Positions 51,157 to 64,000 of a stretch of DNA of 64,000 nt are shown one piece after another (positions within the stretch are counted from its first letter, which is position 1; the number at the start of each line of letters is the position of its first letter). This DNA comes from Lingula anatina (Eukaryota > Animalia > Brachiopoda), in assembly GCA_051362555.1 (NCBI GenBank), contig CM120641.1:41546401-41610400 (forward strand), written 5' to 3'. The notes under the pieces were generated by a model. It made no database searches, was not told where the DNA came from, and saw nothing but the letters and a program-made list of their open reading frames with translations. A program made the translations under genes and the position numbers.

Positions 51157-54100
51157 GTAGGTTTATTGCTATCGCTTTACTCGTAGGTTAATTTTGCACC
51201 CCCATAAGAGTTGGATTAGACCCTCAAGTCCGATTTGCATTATAAACCACACAAACAAGGGTGATTTTACGCAGGGCAAAAAGCTGTTGTGCGCGTAAAT
51301 AGCTAGTTATACAATAACAATTACAATAAAAGTTGTACCTTCGAATTCTTAGCCATCTTATCTCTCAGACTTGTCTTTTAAACTTTTAGACGTATAATTT
51401 TTTGTGCCCCTTTTGAAAAATAGATTGAATTAATTGTATTTTATTTGGCAGTTATTAGTAGAAAACACATCTGAGTTGCATTTTTTGTCAACGTACATAG
51501 TTTGGAGTGACACGTGTTTATTTTTTAATATTGTATGTGGGACGCCGTGTGCGTCGTTACCCATTGTAAGATGTATATTTGTAGCGTGTTATGTATTACT
51601 GTCTATTATATATTTTGTTTGACAGCAACGAGCACGTGCAAATACACATAAATAGTAAACCATTACATTATTATTATTTCAACTCAAAGCACCAACTGTC
51701 GAATTTGATGTTTTATCTTATGGGTCAACCTGTGATGTCTTAACTAGTGGGCATATATAAATAAATTGCATTTGGTCCGTGATGTACGTGATCTAGTATA
51801 ATCAACCATTGTCATGTATATAGTGTCTGTGTGTGTGTATGTAAACCTATTACTGGTACTTGCCAAAGTGCCATTATCACAATGTCTAGTTATATGTAAC
51901 ATAAGGCCAGCAAAGCTCAGCATCTTGTATATCGTTGATTGTTATGTAACGTGCGCCTTGCATAAGACCGCGACAGCCAGTCGTTCCTGGTAAACGTGGG
52001 AGCTCTATGCTGGGTGTAGCATCTAAATTACATGTGACACTCCATCTGTTGATACATTGACGGATTGCTGGTTTGCGAGTTACTTTGCGTCAACTTCGGT
52101 TCACCTATGCTGTGTACTAAGGGGTAATAGTCAGAACCCGTAGCCTTCTTTTGTGTAACCCAAGCTGATAGGCAGATATACAGAAAAGACTTTGGCTCAT
52201 TTGATTTATAAGCAGATATGTTTAGAAAGGATGGAAAAGAGGATGTTTAGTTCTGTTGGTGACTAGGTGGATGTTATGTTTAATGGGTGGTTTGGTTAAT
52301 TGCTAGGTGAATTCATATGGAAAAGAATTTAAAATTAATGACAGGGGTACTAAACATAGAGAAACAGTTGAAAAAGCATGGCGAGTGGTTCCCCATCTCC
52401 TTATAAGACCGATCACTTACTACTGTAGGCCCCGGAATAGTTTTCCTTTTTCCTTTTTTTATTTGTTTTCTTCTACATGTTTCCTCCTTATATGTATTTC
52501 TGTGGTATATATGTCAGAAACAAGTTTTAAAAACATGCATTAGACTGGTTATTCTTAGGCTCATAATAGCTAGATTATATTCACTTGACAAACAGTTAAG
52601 AGACACTAGAAAGCGCATGTAAAACCGTGTTTAGAAATCTCAGTTTCGTATATTTAATTCTATTGATCAGCATCAGTGCCATAAGCAAAGGATTCTATGT
52701 GCAATTTTAATTGTATCACGAAGCAGTGCCTATAATCGCGAGGAATACATATATTAGCGTTTCTAATTAACTCCAATCATTGCCAAGAAACACGATACCA
52801 CAACTTAAAGCTGTGTGTGGTTTTTAAACCAACCATCAGAAGTAAAGTAAAACGATATACATAGAGACATCCTACGCCATATACCAATATCCAAAAGACA
52901 CCTTCGCGGATGGAATGTATTGTGTTTTTCAAAAACCCTGTCTATTCGTATGAATTAATTCTAGCAGCTACTCGTACAAAATGGGGAGAGAGGCACATGT
53001 GCACGCGCATCCTCTTTGGTTCACAATTGAAAACTGTGTTGTATCCATACACTATGCTAGATGCTTGCTTCCAATGATATCACTTTATTCAAAAAGTTGC
53101 CTTAAATCCTCTATCTCTCTCTAAGGACCCCAAGGTACTGGTAAGCATGTCACCGCGATTCAAATCAGTTTAAATGTAAGTGTTGGTGTCACATTAACAT
53201 GCATGAGGTTGAAGTCAAAGACGTTCCAAACTTATTTTAACCAATTAAGCACTCCGTACAGTGTATTTAGCAGGTACTTGTAACGGCAGTAGGAGCCTTC
53301 TTGTTAAAGATCAATTTGTTACATAAACAATTCATAGCCTGGGTTGTATTTCATAGGCAATTCCCTCTTCACGTCTATAACAACCTATTCTAAATCGATC
53401 AATACAGAATTAAGCAATGCTGACAATGTACAAGTACACAGACAAGTACACAGACTGAGAAAAAACACAAATAAATAGAACGGCTATTTTTAAAATGGCT
53501 AATTTGGCAAAATTGAGAATGACAGTTTTAAGAAAGTGCAATCAGTTAGTAAATATTTATATATATTTCATTCTGCTGGCATGAAAAAAAGAGCTAATTA
53601 TTCATCTATGTCATTTAATTACACCGTAACATTGTAATTTGAAACTCCCATATTTGGCAGCCAACTCTTGAGTATGCCCCATGGCCGATGTTCAGGGTCT
53701 TTTTAATCCATACTTGCATACAAAACATTGTTCCACACCATTGAGGCTCCATGTAGATAAACGGTGATGTATTTATTGAACCTTTGACGACCTTTTTGCT
53801 CTGGTAATGTCTCAATATACCAACGATTACGTATCCGTTTATAGCTTGAGTTCGTCTGGAATTTCCCTCAATTTATCCATCCGATAACACTGGTCTTGTG
53901 GGAATAGGTCGGTTTTATTGGAGGCTTTGGTTTGGCTCGTCATTTAAAAGCCTCCGGCTGCGGTCGTAAACATTTCCTTTTTTATTTTTCGAAGTAGGCA
54001 ATTTGATCGTCCAGAGGAAATTACTTTGTTTAGCCCTGCGACGGATGCACTGAAAAGACTCGTGTGTCATCATGACAAAACACTCATGTTTGACTTAATT

Positions 54101-54178
54101 TGCACGTGTATTTCGTACTTGACTGTCACGACATAGCGATTTCAATTAACTGATACAGCAACATCCCATCTATCAAGT

Positions 54179-54182
<4 letters not shown>

Positions 54183-54245
<63 letters not shown>
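54183..54245. repeat. (TA)n microsatellite
   Basis: Directly visible. Confidence 0.95.
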
Positions 54246-54248
<3 letters not shown>

Positions 54249-54654
54249 CAGGTTGAATTAATCCCAATTAACATGCCCGTGCACGAAATTATCCCAACTG
54301 GGCAAATATCAAACATGAATTCTTTGAAAAAAATCAATTCCAAATAATGACTTAACTGAAGGAGTATGGGATTATAAAGGTACATATAGGCCTACCGTTT
54401 TAAAGCCACATGCAAAAGACATTGGGTTCTTCCCTATCGTTGAAGTCATTGGTACAATATTTTATGGACAGCGTTTTTGATTCATATTTTTAATTGCTTG
54501 GTGCGCTTGTTCAAATTACTAAAACTTCTGCAAAACATTTGTATAACTGTTTATTATGATTTTTTTTAAAATAAATGCTGATTTCCTTCCATAGCAGAGG
54601 ACACTCTCGATACAAGGTGTGTTTTTATTCTTTCTTTTATATGTTTGATGAAGT

Positions 54655-54841
54655 TTACCAATAATGATCGGTTATTTTGTGTACCTTTGTTCTATAGTAT
54701 ACCTTAAAGACGTCGGTGAGACGTTTTTTTTTCTGGAATTAAAATTCGATGCAAGGTACGTTTTAATTCATTCTTTCACATGTTTGCTGAAAATTACCAA
54801 TAATGATCTGCTATTTTGTGTACCTTCGTTCTATACTATAT
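54655..54841. repeat. Short direct repeat pair (about 48 bp, about 139 bp apart)
   Basis: TTACCAATAATGATC.G.TATTTTGTGTACCTT.GTTCTATA.TATA at about 54655 and about 54794. Confidence 0.8.
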
Positions 54842-56098
54842 TTTAAGACCTAGGTAAAACACTGCAGTGCAGCATGTTATACTACGCTGCAAACCTTTCC
54901 ACAAGAACGAGGTATCGGTTTAGCTGTAGCTGGTTTTGTGAGGTGTGGTTATATCAAATTATACCGTATCACGATTCTATTGTCTACGCTAAACGCAGGT
55001 TTTTTTGGTATATATCTGATACATTATATGCTATTTCATGAAAAATGCCAAGCATGCCACTGAGAAATAAGTACATGTATATAGTACAGCAAATGAAAGA
55101 ATAAAGGGCGGTATAACACTTACAGTGCCGCCAGAATCTAACCTTACCAAAAGGCCGCAGGGACTCCCAACCCTGCGCCGCATGGTCGAACAATAAATAG
55201 ATGTATAATCATGAACCACCCACTCCCTCTTTCTGATGGCCGTCTTTGGTCCCATTCAGATTTTTGCGTATGTCAAATTCTGGAGAGTTCCTTATGAAAT
55301 TGCAGTGCACACAAAACTGCTTTTTTTCAATTTTTTTTTTTATCTTTTTCAAGAACTCAGCGTATGAATTACGAATTCAGTGTATTCAAGAAACACCACT
55401 GAGTCGACCGACTCATATTTACGACAAATGCAAAGCGTATCTTGGGATGTTCGTTCAGAGTGCGATGTATCTACGCTGCATACGATCTCTGTGTACACAC
55501 ACGTAAACACACACGTCCCATTTAGTTCGTGCTAAAAGATCAGCATATTTGCGTATTTACATCATGTGAGTGCGCAACAAATAAAAGCATAAAGATACCC
55601 AGAACCGTGACGGAGTCTTTTGATTAAAATCAACAATAACCAAAGCTGTACAATGCATATGCATCAGTTCCATGAATAGTCCCCAAACCTTTTAATTCGA
55701 AAGGGAAAAAGCAAAGATTAAAGAAAAAAGAAAGAAATGGCAAAAAGACATGATGATTTTACGACCAATTCTGAAACAAATGATCATGATACTTTGTGGT
55801 ACATGATGCCAGTATGAAAACCACGCACTGTAATTGATTGCATCAGGCGGCAAAAGTTCCGGATTCTGTATATCTCTTTTACCCCTCAAACGAACATTGA
55901 ATCCTACACAGGTTTAGGTTATAAATAAGTAAGAGTGTGGGATTTCCAGATAAGTTCGGACACCTTTCACGTCGTAACTCCTGCAGACATTGATTGATTG
56001 TTTAACTTAAAGACGGGTTTTCATAGGGTATGTGTCTGTGTTCTCTGTATACGTGTATGTCTGTGTGTTTATGTGCGTAGTAAATATATACACAACTT

Positions 56099-56764
56099 AG
56101 TTGAACTGTATATTGAATAGCGGTACAAAGCAATCTCAAGGTTCAGTTTTTATTCTTCATTGATTCCAATAAATCCAAATACTGAGAGTTGCCACCGGTT
56201 GCTAGACGAGAGAGAAAATAGCCATATGTACCGGTAAATAATTAGATCAAATTCATACATTGATCACATTCACTGTGCAAAAGCCACTTACATGACTTGT
56301 ATGTGATTTGATTTTATCATTCATGTTCTGAAGAGTAGGTATAAATTGAATCAAAAGTCCGTTTATTCGTTTAAAGTCTGTCTAATGTTCAGCACTATCA
56401 TTTGTGACTGTTCATCGTGTGTAGATATATAGAATACACAGTTGAACTGAAAACTGAATATCGGGACAAAGCCATCTCAAGTTTAAGTTTTTATTCTTCA
56501 TTGATTTCAATAAATCAAATACTGAGAGTTGCGACCTGTTGCTCGACGAGAGAGAAAATAGCCATATATATATATACCGGTAAATAATTAGATCAATTTC
56601 ATACTCTGATCACATTCACTGCACAAAAGCCACTTACATGACTTGTATGTGATTTGATTTTATCATTCATGTTCTATAGAGTAGGTATAAATTAAATCAA
56701 CAGTCCGTTTATTCGTTTATAGTCTGTCTAAGGTCCAGCACTATAATTTGTCTCACTGGCCATC
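56099..56764. repeat. Tandem duplication, period about 340-345 bp
   Basis: Two colinear copies (about 56099-56416 and 56440-56764) share long identical tracts such as AAAAGCCACTTACATGACTTGTATGTGATTTGATTTTATCATTCATGTTCT. Confidence 0.92.
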
Positions 56765-59058
56765 TCCTTTGTAATCACTGCGTCTTTGAATGCTCTTTAA
56801 TCCATTTTCACAACTAGTAAAATTTTAACTGATCTGTTCCATAGCGCCTATGATGAGTTCACCTATATGGTGCACTACTGTGCCAGCTTCTGCATTATTG
56901 AATTAAACGACTCATAGACGTTTTCCCAGTGTGAACTCAACCTTAAACAATCTTCTGGATTTCATGTTTTATCTCCACGCGCACCTTGCCTCCCCATTTG
57001 TGCCCGTGTTAATTTCCCCGAGCACCAAATTTGCTTAGAGGATAAGTCAATCGTACACCATTAGAGAAGGCCATCGTGCTAATGGGCTGAGCAGTTCTCT
57101 ATTAAGACCACTTGTTGTGTGACTAAGTCTTTTTAATGCACGGCATATGACGTGGATCACAGGAAAGACATGACTTAAGGTATATCGTTAAGGCTGGGAA
57201 GTGAACGTCAGGAAAATTCGGGATTTATGGCAAGGTTTTCTTTAATAGGTATATTGTGATTATCAAAGTGGATTGACTTCAATTACTGTTTTCTTGTCAT
57301 GTCCGTGCATTTGCTTGACATAGCCGTGGCTACCACACACCCTTTGTGTTTTACTTTCACGTTATAATATTGATTAAGGATTGCTATAGTGTCTCTTTTT
57401 CAAATGCACCAGAGATATTTTTTTATGAAATGGCTGGGAAATTTTTCTTTATTAAAAACATCGGGAACAGCCATTTTTATCTTAATAAAAAAACGTTTAA
57501 ATACAGGAAAAGGGTCGCTCTTATGCACCATATCATTTGAGGATTTTCTCATTGGACAAGGAATACATGTGCCTTGTGCAGAGCTTATTGCCTACCCTAC
57601 CATTTTAATTAGACACAGTTAATAAGTTCACGCAGGCTTAGAATCCTCTGTAAATTATTTTTAATTATTTCTGAAAGCACTGCCTCACGAAACCGATAAA
57701 ATCACATATAATTAGAAGTATTAACTTTCCAGCAAGGTATTTAAAAAGACTGTATTCAACGAGCATTACATCTTATAGTGACACAACTGTACCGATATTT
57801 TGTGAGAGGTTCCGACGTGTAATGACATTATATACACAGTAACAGGTTACTTCTTTTCCTATCATAAATTTCCACGAGTTAACTTCCTGCCATTTTGTCT
57901 AGAAAGTCGATTGGCGGTTCTGAGTGCTGCCCCTCCCTCCCCACCTCCGTTTATACTAAAATACCTAGTTAAGTTGTCAATCTCTGAAAATGTAACGGTT
58001 CAGCTACATATATGTCGCTTATGGTACCACCTGATATTACTTTGTACAGGTGACAATCGTCCCATATACTAACCCCAATACTTCGACTAACCCTAACCTG
58101 TACTAATCATATGGGAGCCCGGACTTCCATTCCTAGGACTGGCAGTCCTCTCACACCTGCACAATTAAGTCTTCCAAAAGCGATATAAAAAACAGATATT
58201 CAGTGAACGAAGAATGACATACAGGTACGGAAATATCAAACAGATAAAATAATATAACTTTCAATCAGATTTATTCTGTCATTTGGCGAACCTGGATCGA
58301 GGCAGTCAAATGATTGGAAACAGACCAAACTAACATTGTTGATGTTAGCGATTAATTAATCAATGTGCCTGATCAAAAACAATGAGAAATTGAGGCTAAC
58401 GCTTACACACATAAAAACGGTTGGCAGAGGATTCAATACCTACTCAAGACGAATGTATAGTTTGCACAACAAAATCAGATATTGCATTCTAACAGAAGAG
58501 TAACACATACATGATTAATCAACAGCCTCTATCAGGACGTCTATAAACTGTACAGAGCCTGTATAACCAGATGGAACAAATAAACTACCAATTCTATAAC
58601 GTTTTTACTTACTTTGATCATAACGTGGCTTCTTGCCAGGTTCCGCATCATATTTTCAGTCTGATTCGTGATTATATACATTGCGAGCACTTAAACCATT
58701 GTATCGTATTACATTTTAAGTCAAAGCCCGTTAAGAGCAGGTGGAATGTTGAATAAAATTAAATAATTGATAAAAATAACTAGGCGTAACACCTGCTACC
58801 GGTCCCATCGCTGAGAGAGAGAGAGAGAGAGATAGAGAGAAGAGAGAGAGAAGAGAGAGAGAGTTTGTATGATAGCTAGTTTAAATCAAACGTTTCATTA
58901 TACAGCCTGCAATCCATGAACATCTGTGAGTGGCCAGGCGAAACTTCACTTTTATTTACATTTTATCGATTGGGAAAGTTACATGTCTAACATATTTAAT
59001 TAATAACCTGTCAAGTTGGGAGATTAAATCATTTAAATCAAAAAATAATAATAAACTA

Positions 59059-59089
<31 letters not shown>

Positions 59090-59637
59090 GCGAAGTCCTT
59101 TCAGATTTCGAAGCTACAAGCACAGGATGTTAATACTGGTTTTGTTCATGTAATATGCTCTGTCTGACACATATACAGAGTCGTGGTTGGTGCGTATTTC
59201 CTTAAGTCATGTTTCAGCGATGTATTTCAACGTCACATCACGTGCGTTCCATTGCTGACATCCTGTTTCTCGTCTGTAATGCATGTTATAGAATACCTGG
59301 GATGTGACCGAAGTACGTTTATCTAGACCTACTTTTTTTACTTCAGGAGAGATATTCTAACATGGCCTCATAGTCCCTGTATGTCTCCCGGAGCTGATCC
59401 ACCCCCTATTCCGACCCCTTTCCCTCTAAAACCCACTAGGGAGAACGGTTTTGGTAAATCTGCACAGTTAAGGGCATTTTGTTGTGCTTTCTCCCAATAT
59501 CAATCGAAGACAATTGGGTAGTTCTTGACCATCATACCAGGATGGAATTGGTGCCTGAACGATTGAGTTTGTCACACAAAATTTAACTATTTGTCCAAGT
59601 AAGCACGTTTCATTGCTTTGTGCTTAATAGAACCTTA

Positions 59638-60999
59638 TAGTCTAGATGACTGGTGCAAAAATTGCTCAAAAGGTGGAAAAAGCATGAAACTTGGCACAAA
59701 TGTTCTTTGGACTATGCTGATCATTTTCAAGGGCAGTGCCCAAAATTTCAAAGCGTTGCTTAGCAACCGTTGCTAAGGAAGTGATTTACCTTAGTAACAA
59801 GCTAATTGGACCTTTCTTGTTCAGTTTAAATGATTTAAAAAGGCTTTTAATAATGTTTCAAACCATCAGAACTATCACTATACTATTTTAAGACATTAAA
59901 AACCCAAGTAAACCATTGCAACAGTTGCTAGGCAGCATATTACCCTAGCAACAAGTATTTAACATGCTGAATTAGCCCAGAAAGTTAGTGTTAAGGTTGA
60001 TTTTTTGTTGAGTTCCTCTAGACAGAGGGGAGTTCAAATGTCATTAATAATATCATTGATGTAAAAAAAACAAAAACATTTTTACACCATCTTTTATGGA
60101 AAATAGTTTTTTAATTTTTTTCAATTTTTGAGTTTTGACATAATGGTTGTGATAAGATTTCATCTGGGGTTAAATTGAAATTTTCCTGAATTTCACTCAA
60201 AGAACCAATAATGTTTGCCAAAAGGGATAAGAAGTTGCTTTTAGTATTTTTAATCCACCTTTTGTTACTACCGATTCCTGACATTTTTCTTCATAAAGAA
60301 GTCTCTTAAGCCATGTAAAGTTTAGGGCCTTGGAAAAATTTTTATTTGCTGTACCTTTTTCCGTCCATTTTTGTAATCAGACGCCATCCTTGCTCATTTT
60401 ATTTTGTATCTTTTTCCATTCCTGATAAAGTTAAATATGATATGCATATTTTAAGTATTGAGGGAGGGGGGGGGGGGGCTGGTAGGAGAGTTTATACATG
60501 CCCTACGTAAGATGAGAAATACTAAAGGTTTAACCACTGTTGACTTTCCTATTATTGAAAGGTTTCTCAGAGACCAGATTTCCAAGATATTTTTCATTTT
60601 GTTCAATATTTTCTAAAAAGTTTTTTCACATTGTATTTTGTCAGTTCAGCATGGTTCTATTTTAATTCCATTTGTTAATCAATAAAGTTCAAAAGTTTCT
60701 GTTCACAACCAAAGGCCGTTAGATGCCTATCTTACTTCCACCAAGGCTGCTCTACATCAATATAAGAGTATTCTTGCGAGCTGAACATATCTGAATCAGC
60801 ACTACGGTGCCATGTCATCAGATACCATGTGCTCACTCTGGTTGGACTTGTGCAGAACAGTGGGCCTAAGTGGACACATTTGCCAAAAGCTATTGACCTG
60901 TCCAGAGTTGCTCCAGTGTGCATGTAGGTGCAGATGTAGAGGCTGACAATGTGCAAGGGCAAAATGCACTGTATATTGCACATACAAGGGAGAATTAAC

Positions 61000-61046
<47 letters not shown>

Positions 61047-61608
61047 ATTGCAAAGTTTTATAAAGAGTCGTAAGGTGATAAAAGCATGGAAATGGCTGGT
61101 TACTAATTTTGAACATGCTGCCTTAAGTATCTGCACTGGCAATTTATTTGATCGGATGTGTGTAAACACACAATTGGTTCAACTTACTGGATTAAAAGTA
61201 TGAACATCTTGCTCAAAAGTGTAGTTCTTAGCTAGTATTATAGATTTGCCTTACTTAATAGACTAACGCAACTTTAAATGCTTGTTGCTAGGGTAATATG
61301 CTGCCTAGCAATCGTGGCTAAGGTTAATTTGGGTTTTAATTGCCTTAAAAAAGTCTAGTGATAGTTCTGATGCCATGAAACATAGTTATTAGCATTTATA
61401 AACTTTTTAAACTGGACAAGAAAGGTCTAATTAGCTTGTTACTAAGGAAATTCACTTCCATAGCAATGGTTGCTAAGCAATGCTTGGAAATTTTGGGCAC
61501 TGCCCTTGAAAATGATCAGCATAGACCAAAGAACATTTGTGCCAAGTTTCATGCTTTTTCCACATTTTGAGCAATTTGGCCAAAATATAGCACCAGTCAT
61601 CCAGACTA
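59638..61608. mobile_element. Non-autonomous long-TIR DNA transposon, Academ-like (TAG...CTA termini, 3-bp TTA TSD)
   Basis: Termini TAGTCTAGATGACTGGTGC / GCACCAGTCATCCAGACTA; imperfect TIRs of about 330 bp (59638-~59970 vs ~61265-61608); TTA on both flanks (59635-37, 61609-11). Superfamily is inferred from termini only. Confidence 0.85.
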
Positions 61609-61647
61609 TTAGAGAGAAAGAGACAGTGTGGATCCTTTTTTGAAACT

Positions 61648-62329
61648 TTGCAATAGCGATTGCCTTAAAGACTAAAAACAGCAATTGGTTTAAAGATATC
61701 GCAATTGCAGTCACTTTAGTTTAAATGGATTTTGACGTGTTTGAGTCTGTAAGATATCTCCCGTTGGGCATGCACAATGGAAAAGGCAGGAAAGTGCATC
61801 TGGCATTGTCAATTGCTTTCGACAGCAATCAAGTAGCAAGCTGTTCAATTGATCAAAAAATGCAATACACAGTAATTTGACATCAGTGGCCGGATCAGTG
61901 GTATATCCATAGATATGTCACTGAAGAAATGAAATCAATACTCAGCATGACAGAAACAAATGAATAAAAACAAACGTCAGCAGATTGGTTTGATTTTGAC
62001 TGTGAACTTTCGCGAGGAGTTGTTGGAGCGGCAAATAAAATGGAAACCCTGATAGATATTTAGTGGTAAGTTAAAGGCACGTTAAGCAAACTATAAAGCA
62101 TTTTCTGTATGTTTGCACATGTAACAGTGTACATGTTTCGTGTAGCATTGCACACGTAATAGATATTGCCTTGAAGCAAAACAATGTTATATACTTTAAA
62201 AAAGGTATCGCAATTGCGGTTAATTTTGTAAAACTGATGTGGGGCTCTAGGCGTCTGAGTCTGTCAGATAACATGGTAGGACATACACAGATATAAATGC
62301 GGGGGAGTGCATCTGATATCTGCAATTGA
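61648..62329. repeat. Old diverged direct repeat pair (about 170 bp; 61648-61816 and 62156-62329)
   Basis: Ordered shared words: ATTGCCTT.AAG, TATCGCAATTGC, TGAGTCTGT.AGATA, AGTGCATCTG, CAATTG. Confidence 0.65.
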
Positions 62330-64000
62330 TGTCAGACATTGGACTTGGGTGCTGGGCTCTTTATCTATATCATTGAAAGTCCAGCTTGTATATTGACAGC
62401 AATGGACAGCATTTTATTATGTTTATCTCTACATGTAAAAATTAAACCCACCAGGTGGCAACTTTTCTTTTGCCTCAAACTTATTGTGTTTGAGATAATC
62501 ACGGATACGTTTCGGTTTCAATCTGACGCCTTCAGTCACACAAACTACAGGTAGTTTGTTTGTGACAAAAGACAGTTCGCGGTCTAATACATGTACATCT
62601 TAAGATCTATAAAATATAAAAACATGTATCAGTAACATGAATATCTGCTTGAATCGTCTCTCTGGTTTGATACAACATCAACAGCAATATAACAATTATA
62701 TAGTTTCTGCGTACAGTGGCTCCACCTTTTTCTACTTAAAGTTACATGCAAGTACTTTATATTCAAAACCCAGGAAACAAGTAGTTCGAATTACGCTCTT
62801 TGTTAAAGCTTATATAAGATCGATACACTGCATTTAATTTAGCAGGTAAAACATGTATAGACTGTTTCCTTTGTGAACTTGGCGTGAAACATCATGCATT
62901 GCAAAGCACGTGCACTAGCAATAGCTGAAAATTTTTTTTTTAATTATAGTGGTTGTATTTTAAGGGTTTTTTTTTATTTTAGATTAAAGTAAGGTCATTA
63001 TCCACCCGATGTACCAGTAGTGTGTACATGTATACTAAGAAAAACATTCAAGACAGCTCATAATAATAATTAAGGGGAGGGGGCGTGGGAAAGAAAATCT
63101 CCGGCTTGTTTGTTCCAGTTTTGAAGATTGTCTGCGTTATCGGAGAAAATGCCATTAACAATACGGTCATGAAGAATATGCATTTGTGGATATATGGATG
63201 TGTTTGGGATTTCTTCTTACAATTGTTGCCATATTGTTGTACACACACACACACACGCACACACACACATACGCACACACACACACACACACTTCTCCAG
63301 GCAGTCGTATCGCTTACATGTACCTCGAAGAATGCAACAAGATTGCACTTGTAGTCTGAAAAGATCATCCAAGTCAATAAATATACAAATGTGGTTTCCA
63401 CAGCAAATGCAATTTACAAAGGAAACAATAACCCGTGAATGTCGTGTTTTCGAAACAATGTCTCAGGGAATTTCTTGTGTTGGGGAATTTTCGCCATATT
63501 GTGTATAAACGTTTGTACAGTAGTTAATTACCAATTGGTCAGTTTAAAAACCATGCCCATGCTAACTACTGGCACCAGAAACAGACAGGATGCCAGGAAG
63601 TATTTAGTGAATAGTTGGTGCAAAATTGTATGGTGGTATTCACAGGCATGTGTCCATTTAGTACTATTAACAAGTCAAACGAGTTCTTGGGCGCATAACG
63701 TGTTCTATATGAATTAGTATGATTTTGTTTCAGAGAGGAACTTACGAAATGGCGTCCCTTGGTAACACGTGTCACGTGAAAAAAAATCGATAGTCATCGG
63801 AATGAACTACTAATATTATTATCTTAACAGAAAACTGAGTTATATTACACTTACTGATACGTTATTGAATTGGTTTTATGGTTTAGATGTTCTCGTTTTT
63901 TTATTGAGACCTCTGTGTGTATTGACTTACATGTAACATGATATTGGTTCCGACAGGCATTATAACTTTCTTGATTAATTGTGATTATTCCCAAACTAGA

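Noticed and set aside
51157-51191. Hydrophobic C-terminus RFIAIALLVG of the exon B ORF as a membrane or GPI anchor
   Set aside because: It lies after the donor homologous to exon A's and is too short for a TM helix; probably T-rich intron sequence. A truncated isoform cannot be excluded without RNA data.

Overview
AT-rich, microsatellite- and transposon-rich animal genomic DNA. It is not prokaryotic; the repeat spectrum looks like an invertebrate, plausibly a mollusc, but that is inference. Coding content is sparse. (1) Two tandem minus-strand TRIM genes (RING-B-box-coiled coil) have intronless CDSs at 1013-2377 and 4252-5601. Each is preceded by an equivalent splice acceptor, with one candidate upstream non-coding first exon and NRF1-type promoter near 7.4-7.6 kb. 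(2) Two highly diverged but intact plus-strand first coding exons of a natriuretic-peptide-receptor / receptor-guanylyl-cyclase type ectodomain lie at about 29649-30339 and 50454-51156. Each has its own signal peptide and ends at the homologous position in a phase-1 GT donor, and I see no downstream receptor exons between or after them. This suggests a UGT1A/clustered-protocadherin-like 'variable first exon + shared constant exons' receptor locus, the most interesting candidate system here. The rest is a decayed Tc1/mariner with TIRs and TA TSD, a long-TIR Academ-like element with TTA TSD, MITE/foldback hairpins, LINE fragments, a 34-bp minisatellite, local duplications and simple repeats.
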